Of a DNA stretch of 64,000 nt, positions 46,701 through 55,700 are shown piece by piece. A program made the translations under genes and the position numbers. Below the pieces are notes generated by a model that had not been told where the DNA came from, did no database searches, and saw only the letters and a program-made list of their open reading frames with translations. Where the stretch lies: positions 18,078 to 82,077 of the IMG/VR virus record IMGVR_UViG_3300045016_000151; one strand, given 5' to 3'. This DNA is from a virus. Its lineage: Duplodnaviria > Heunggongvirae > Uroviricota > Caudoviricetes. The stretch's first letter is position 1. The number at the start of each line of letters is the position of its first letter.

Positions 46701-49700
46701 AAAAGTATCAGAACCGCCATTATGATTACCTATTGTCAAACCCGCCGTATAATCTCTCGCTGCATAATCTTCAAATCTACCTGCTTTTGAAGCTAAACGA
46801 ACTCCAGTTCCTTGCCAGTATTTTTCATCTACTGCATCAGATAAGGAATCTTTAGCAAAAACCGTAGGGTCGAAAGACCAACCGGCAATATGACTTGTAT
46901 TAGTGGCATCAGCAGTTAAGAAAAACAATTCATTTCCAGAAGCATCATAAGCATTTATACCAAATTTGGTAGACCAACCCCATGCTGTTGTTAATATTCG
47001 ACCAACCGTTATTCGAGCAACACTTGTTGTTGAATAAGCAGCACCGTTAACAATAGTTAAAGCAGCGCCACCAGCATCTTGATAAAGTGCCACAGATTGT
47101 GTTCGACTATCACCAGCATTTTTATAAAAAGCGTATTGATTTATTCCCCAATTGGCAATATGAGCTGTTCCACCGGAATCAACACGCATTATAGATGTTC
47201 CAGATGAATTTAATAGCTCAAAACCAACAACATCACTACCAGAATCAAAAGCTTTAAGAGAACCAAGACGTAAATTCCATCTTGATCCATCATGAAATCC
47301 TAAATAGGTTATAGTTCCAATAACGCCCATCTCCATCAGAACGCCAGAAGAACCTCTTAGCCAAAAAATTGGTCTTGATCCATTATCCCAAAATCCGAAT
47401 CCGGCAGAGTTATTAGCTTCTCCTATACCGGCACTAAGATAATTACCTATTTGAAGAATAGACCCTAATGTCATTCTATTTGCATCAAAACTAAATCCAG
47501 AAATTGTTGCTGTCCCACTTGTAGGTAAATAGAAATTTTTTGTTGTTCCAGAACCAGTATATCCAGATATGCCGGATGAATTAATAACAACGGCTTGATA
47601 ACCATCAACGGTATAACGTCCAATGTATGTTCCTGCTGCTGCAATAGCTGTTGATGTTCCAGCATCAAGAACTCTCATCCCAGCAGAAGATAGAGATATT
47701 GTTGGATTTTGAATACTTCCACCAAATCCTCCTGCTATTGCCCACATACCGTAACCTGACCCAGTATTACTTCCATCTGTTTTTTGATAAACAGTAGTTA
47801 TACTACCGCTTTCAACTTGCAATCCCCAGAAGGCAAGTTTCTTAGTTGCTCCACCACTATGACGCAATACCCAGTCCATCCCCGACTGATAACCAGTAAA
47901 ACTTGTTCTTACAACACTTAATCGTGTCCAAGTATCAGCGTAGATAGTTCCAAACACTCCCCAAATATCGCTATTAACTGTACCGTTTGTATCAGTCCAA
48001 ACCCAAACCGATGTAGTGTATGTTCCACTGGATAACGCTCCGGTCAAATTCAGATAATACCATAAATCAGTTGCATCATCAGATTTATGATATAATACTG
48101 TACTTCCATCTGGCGCAGTTACATTACCAGTAATATCTGTACCGACACCACCACCAGATCGCCCATAAAAACAATCATCGGATACACCTGTAAGTAAGTT
48201 AGTATGTATCTTACCAACGTAGAAAGTATTACCTATGGTAGAACCTCCACCTACAGCAAGTGTTCCAACAATATTTGCATTACCTTCCGCATACAAATCT
48301 CTTGTATAAACTCCAAACGTGCTTGATGCTAATGCTCCATATGTTAGTGTATTGACTCCACTTAAATCGCCAATTTGAGAACGAGTTATTAAATCGGTCT
48401 GTGGAGCAGTCGTCCATGTCGCTATGCGATCATACGGACGATTACCTACTTCATTCAGCGCACATCTTTCTAAAATACCGTTCCCCGATACTCCATAGTC
48501 TAAAGCAATAGTTCCTTTTGTATAAGTAGTAGATGTACCAGACTGTTTTGTATATGTGTAACGCTGATATTTATTTGTGGTATCTCTATCATAATATGTT
48601 ACAGTCAACCACGCTTCAGTAATATCCAAATGAAACGCGCCCATCGAAATATTCTTAATGCGAACATAATCTCCGTCAGCAAAAACCTGACCTGTATAGC
48701 CAGTGATTTCTTCTACATACAAATAAGTATCAGTACCACATACAAAATCTTGATATAATTTAGCAGCAGATTTACAAATAATTTGTCCACCAACTAATGC
48801 TTGTTCAATATCAGTAATAAATGATTTTGCATGCATCTCATTGACAGTTAGTTTTCCAAACACAGAGCCAACTTGTGTTAAATAATATCCAGTATATGGA
48901 TCACTTACAGAATAGGTAGTTGAATAGATAGCTTTTGCGTTTGCCATTATTACATTGCCAGCAAATGTAGCAGAGTCGTCACTTTCTAAAATACGTAGTG
49001 CTTCAACACCGGCAACTGTAACAGCAAATCTTGCCCCTCCACTTGTTTCTCTTGATATATACGTATTTGTCCCAACACCAAGCATGTATCCTTTACCCGT
49101 AGCAATAGTCACATTTCCATTGGACAAAGTAAGATTACTTGGAACTACCACATTCCCAGAATTGTCAATCGTGATTGAATTAGCTAAAGCATAATTATCG
49201 CCGCCCAGATACAAATAGCTGTCTGTACGCTTTAAGACTCCTATAAATGCTGCTGATGTATTTGATTGAGGTGCTATGACACATATATTATTTGGTATAA
49301 CAATTTCATTACCTTGAAATTGACCGCTTGTGTAAGAAGTTAAATTAACTCCAATAGCAACGGCTCTTGTTGCTTCACAAGTGCCTAATTGCAATACTCG
49401 ATAAGCACCACTATAACCAAAATAAGAATCTGTTATGTATAATGGTGTTGACCCTATACCAACACCGAGCGTACTCTTATTTAATCTAAGTGCATAGCCA
49501 ACGCCATACGAATAAAACCCCAAATCATTTGTTGTCTCAATTAAATTAACATCCCAAACCACTGAATCAGATCGTTTTATCCTAAATGGTGTCTGACTTC
49601 CAGCAGCAGTAATATTTACAATTAGTCCATAATAATCATAATTGGTTGTTATATAACCATTCGTTAAAGTAATGTTATTTGCAAATGTAACAGCGTTAGT

Positions 49701-52700
49701 AGTCTTATCAAAAATTACTGTATTTGTACCACTTTCGTTGTAAATATACAAATTACTATTACTAAGCTCTCTTTGACCAACAAACCATTCTCCGGCTCCA
49801 TTAGTTCGATAAGATAGTCCGAGATAGTTTGTGTTTGCAGGACGATTTAAAACAAAATATTTATTGGTAATTGGCTGTAAATATATGTTCTCCTTGAACA
49901 TCCAAGAACTATTGCTAATGTGAGCTGAATAGCCATAACTTGTATGCTCAACATAATATTCACCAACGGGAGTAGTTTTGGAATTATTAATAGTTGGATT
50001 TACTGTAAAACAATTTAATAACCTCCAATTTATATTTACTCCGTAAGTTACTGGATTTAGTTTAACGTAAACAGACTTTGCTCCTCCATTTACTCCCTCC
50101 AAACGCACAGCCAACAGTCGAGGATTGTAAGAATGATGCTCAATTTCCAACATAGGAGAATACGAATCAGGAGTATAATATGTTGTCATTACTTTTATTT
50201 CAAAAGGCTGCTCATTGTCTGTAGAACTAATATATCCTTTAACAGTAGCATAACCATATTCACCTCCAAATGTGAATAATTTTAGCCAGACAGGATCGCT
50301 ACCCGCTTCCCAACTTTCTGTGTAAGTCGTTGAATTGTACATTCCGTTGCTTATTACAGCATTAGCAAATGTAGCTACATGATCAGCTCCAAGCGTTAAT
50401 GTTAAAGCATCATCAGAGCCGTAAAATGCCGACCAGCCATCATCGCGCACAAGAAATCGTGTACTTCCACTTGAGTTGGATGCTTCAAAACTGTATGTAC
50501 TCGAACTTGTTCCAGTACCACGAACAGATAATCTACCATTACCTATTACTGGAATGCCTACAAATCCATTTTTATCTATTAACAATCTTACTAAATCAGG
50601 CGCACTTAATCCTTGTGATGATTCTGTCCTGATTGCGAAATCACCATAAGCGTATTGATCGTTACCTAACCACCAACGTCTTGAGTCAGATGCTCCAGAT
50701 TTATAATCCCAAGCCACATATTTACCATCTGTAGCGCTTGGTAATGTTATAGATGTAAATGGAGTTGCTGTTTCAACACCGATATAACCATTGCGCTGGG
50801 TTATTCCAGCGTGCCAAGAGCTACCATACCAATCATATAGCGTCCATGCAGAATTACTTAGAGGATTAAGGGCGAATGCTGGGGTAGAAGAATTATAAGC
50901 TACCCCCAATCCTGTAGATTGCGAACCTGCTACAATTGTAAATCGTGAAGTATAATATCCATTTATGGTTGGATCATTCCCTCCAACAACCACAGATCCA
51001 ATTGAAGAAGCCAAAACTACAGCACCCTGAGAAGAAGGATTGCCTGTAGTCGTCGTACCATCAGCAAAACTCGGTGTTATAAAATTACCTAAATGAACAG
51101 CAGTACTTGTAAAATCATATGAAACTGTTAATTTAGACCCAGAATCAAATAAACCATTATTCTGGTAAACCTTAACCTTCATCACTAAGGTTGATGAAGA
51201 AGCGGTATCAACATCTAAAGTGATCGAATTAGATACCCCTTCTTCATAATCCGACGCAATATACGCCGTCATATTATATTCACCACCTGCATACCAATCT
51301 CTTACTCTTACAGTATATCTGCGAACCAAAAAAACAGGATTGGCATTACCTGTCTCCATTCCAGAAAAAACTAAAGTAACTGTTCCAAATAAAACCCCAG
51401 ACTTGTATCCTGTATCTGGATTAGTAAACTGGAGAACTTTGCGAATTTGGGAATCCTCTGTATAGCTAAAAACTTGAGAACCAGAAAAACGCTTACTTAA
51501 TGAAGGCGTACCAGAAACAAACTCAATACTACCGATATTGCTCAAATCAATAACAGTTTCAGAACCAGAAGTATTTCTTGTAGCCCATGTAACCCAATCT
51601 GATTCGGCTTTATTTAGAACTCTTATATTACTTTGATGGAGTAAGACCCCCGAAGTTCTTAGATCTCCTATCGTTATCCAACTACCAAAAAGATACCCAC
51701 CATAACCGCTGCCTTGATTACAACGGACACTCCAACCACTCTGATCGTTTAACAAACCAATTCCAGAAGAATCCCAATATAAATATCCTTTAATAGTGCT
51801 ATCGTGATTCGTCCTCATTCTAATACCGCCAGAAGTAGGACTTCCTCCAGAAGAAATGTTCCAAAAGTTTAGACCGTCACAATACCAATGCGTAGTTTGA
51901 ACTTCATTATATAATCCTGTTTTATTAGTCGTAACGTAAAACCAGTCGTCGGTAGAAACTATACTTGTAAAATAGGCCCGCATACTTTCATGAACATAAA
52001 ATGGTCGCTGCCAACTACCTCCAACAGCACGACGGTAAAGATTCATTTTATCACCACTTACGTGCCACATCCAACCAACGTTAGACTGATCTGTTTCACA
52101 GAATGCTAATGTAGGCGCGTCACCTACAAGTTTAATTCCTCCACCCCAACCTTCAGGATTTGAACTGGTATCAAACCAATTTTGATATATCTGCAATTTG
52201 CTATTATAGTCAGTGGCAAGATTACCACCAAGAATAATAGAACCTCCAGAAGTGGCATTTAATATTAATGGCAAAGTTGAATAAGAGGCGAGTTCGGCGT
52301 ACTTAAATGTCTTACCAGCATTGGTAATATAAATATTAAAATTCATATCGACGCCATTTGTTATATCAACTAATCTGTTAGCACTTGACCCCTCAGTCGT
52401 ATCAAATATACTCAAACTCGAATATCCGGCATTTGCAAAAACACCTTGCTTGCTAATTGATACTTCACCATAATGGTTAATCTGCATGTGAGCTATAGCA
52501 CCAACAGCCCAATTATTCGATGTGGCAAAATACATCTTGCTACCATAAGTACCACTTGATTGCACATATATACCGGCATGTGTTTTGTCAGCGTAACTGG
52601 GATTCGGAATACCCCAAGTTATACCTTGTGAATAATCATAATAGCTGACATCATTAGTAGGCTCAAAATGCAATCCACATTGCGAAGTCAATCCGGGAGT

Positions 52701-55700
52701 GGGATAACTAATATTAATTGGAACTTTATCAATTGTAATATTACCGCTACTCGTTATAGCACCAGAATTAATTGTTGATGCAAATGTAGCATTGCGTGAC
52801 GTATCAAAACTTAATGCTGCTGCCCCCTCATAATACAGACGAAAAGTATCACCTGTTATTTCGATATAAGCCGACCTGGCAGTTGAACCAGTTTTATTGA
52901 AGTAAACGTACGGATTAGATGCATTTTGTGTAATTAATACAGATCCCTGTATTGTGCCCAAATTAGAAAAATTACCTGTTGTAATATCCCAATAACTTAA
53001 CCAATAGCTATTTGAATGATTATAAAAGCCAATTAGACTTGATGTAGATGTCCCTGAATTTATTATATCTACTTGCTTTCCATCTGTGTTTGATGCAGTA
53101 AAACGCAGATAACGATTATCAACAGAGTTGTCTTTAACAATTTCAATTCCTGGACTTGTTGAAGTAGTAACAGTGAGTTTCCCACTACTCATTATAGCAC
53201 CTACTGTAAAGCTACCAGTACCTATACTAAAGTTTGCTCCTAAAGTAGGAGCCGTTTGTGAGCCCTTAGCAACATGTGCTCTGGTTCCTAACGCCCATTT
53301 GGTATTAGTAGTATCCCAGTATATTAATCTATTTGTTCCGCCGGTTCCACTATCGATTTCGAATCCAGCATAATTAGGAATTGCTGCGTCATTATTAACT
53401 ACTTGAAATGGATTAGCAATGATAACTGTACCATAATTAGTCCAGGTTCCATATGAAATAAATGAATTATAAACGGTCAGTGAGTCTATTTCGGCGGTAA
53501 ATCCTTTTAATTCCGCCACACCAGACCCAAATTTTAAATACTGACTTTCACTATTTACTACATATAATCCTTTAGCGTTTAATTCAGAAAATGGTGTAGT
53601 CGATTTAATTTCGATATCATCTATATACAAACCTACTTGATTATTACCAGATATCGTTATTGTTATATCGCTATCAGTTTGCGGTGTAAAAGTCGCTACA
53701 AATTCAGACCAGTCATAAAGACCGCCCTGACCAGAATCATAATTTAAAAGTTCATGTTCAGTATCATCATAATTTGCATATACTCCTACAGTGCCTTCCA
53801 TAGGCCAATACCAAAGTGTAATTGAAGTAGAATGTCCTGGAACGGCTGCACCAAGATTTTTTGAGGTCCAACACATCCAATCACGTTCAGACGCACCTGT
53901 TCCCAAAAAACTATAAGTGCCGGTATGTGCTTTAGATGTAGATCGAGCAAATCCAGTACTTGTACTCCAACCATTTGCACTAGATTCAAAATCAGTAGTA
54001 TCTAATCCACTGGAAGTAATTGAGCGCCATGATGTATTTCCAGTCATATATGTGATTGGTATACTATTAATATCGTTTATATACAAACCATAACTATCAA
54101 TAAGTACTTTAGCTGTAGCATAACTTGTACCGCCAAATCCTCCTACTGTTCCCCATAGTCCGTATGTGTTAGTTGTTAAATATCCTAAACGTGCTTTCTC
54201 TGAAGAACTGTATTCGGCCATTACATAAGGATGACTATCAGCTACACTCATAATAACACCGGTACCAGAACTAATATTTTCAATTGTATTAGCATTGATT
54301 GTCCAGCCACCGACAGTTATAACTCCAGCAGATGTCCATGCGATATTACTACTTGCCAAATATCCAGAACCATTTGTTGCTAATGAAATACGAGTATAAT
54401 CATTTCCACCAGAACGATAAAGCAGTCGAACACCGTTTGTTGAATCTACAGTAACAAATGAGTATGAATTGGCGTATTTACCGGCAGCGAAGCCATAAAC
54501 GTTTGACGAATAACCGTATATGCCATTTAAATTACCAATTGCCCAATGTTCAGTCCAAGCATTATAAGTTACATCATTATCACGGACATTTCCAACGATC
54601 GTAGGTCCATATTGTGCCGCACTTTTAACACTACGCAACGAATATAAATCGATAAAACCATCTCCTGTGACCCCAGTATTAAATATTGCGTCGCCGGCGT
54701 ACCATGCATGAGCTGCATGTTCTTCGATGTTTCTATCCACTACGTATGTGTAAGGTCCTACTCCTGATGGACCGGATTCAATTTTCATAAATTCAATTAC
54801 TGCATTTGCTTCTAAATATACAATATCACCAACAACCAAATTATTATGTTTTGTATATATTGTAGTGGCAGATTCGCTTGCAGCCAAATCCGACGTTAGT
54901 ACTGTGGTAGGTCCTACCAATACGCGGCCGCCAATTGTTGCTAATGTATCTTGTGCTACTAATGTCTCAACTATAAGTTCAGCGGCATGTAAGGTAAGAT
55001 ATTTTTTACTTAATGAACCAAGATTTAAATCGTAATTACTTGCGGGTAAAATATCATTTCCGGTAGGATCAAGTATTATATCTCCGCCAGGAGCGATGTT
55101 TAAATTTACCCCTGTGTCTGTATAAAGATTACCACCCTTAACATATAAATTACCAGTTAATGAGGCACCAGCGCTAAATTCTACTAATCCAGAACTACCG
55201 GTTAATGTATTCGAGTTGGGCAATGTTAATGTGCTGCTTAGTGTTAAGGCGTCTGAAATCGTTTGTCCACCACGTCCGGCAAGATACAAATATTGTGTAT
55301 GATCATCACCTGTTGTTAAATTCGATAATGCGTGGTGATCTGTAGCTATATAATTCGATGTCGGCAACGGAGTAACTGCGCGGTAATCTGCCGCTTCGAT
55401 ATACGTTGGAGGGCTTCCAGTATTACGATAAATTATTCGATACAATAATTTCATCTCTGCTACCGGTAATGTATCGTATATTAGATTTTCGGGAACATTG
55501 TTTGCGCGTGCATTTGCTATATTAGCATCGACTCTTTGTCCCATCAACACCATAATAGGATAAGATGTATTATTCGACGCAAATACCCAGTAGGCCACAT
55601 AATTATTCGCCGGCACAGCTGTTAGTGTTGTGCTATTATTATATTGAATATTACTACTTACTTCATAATAAGGAACGGCCGATCCTGCTATTGACTTGTA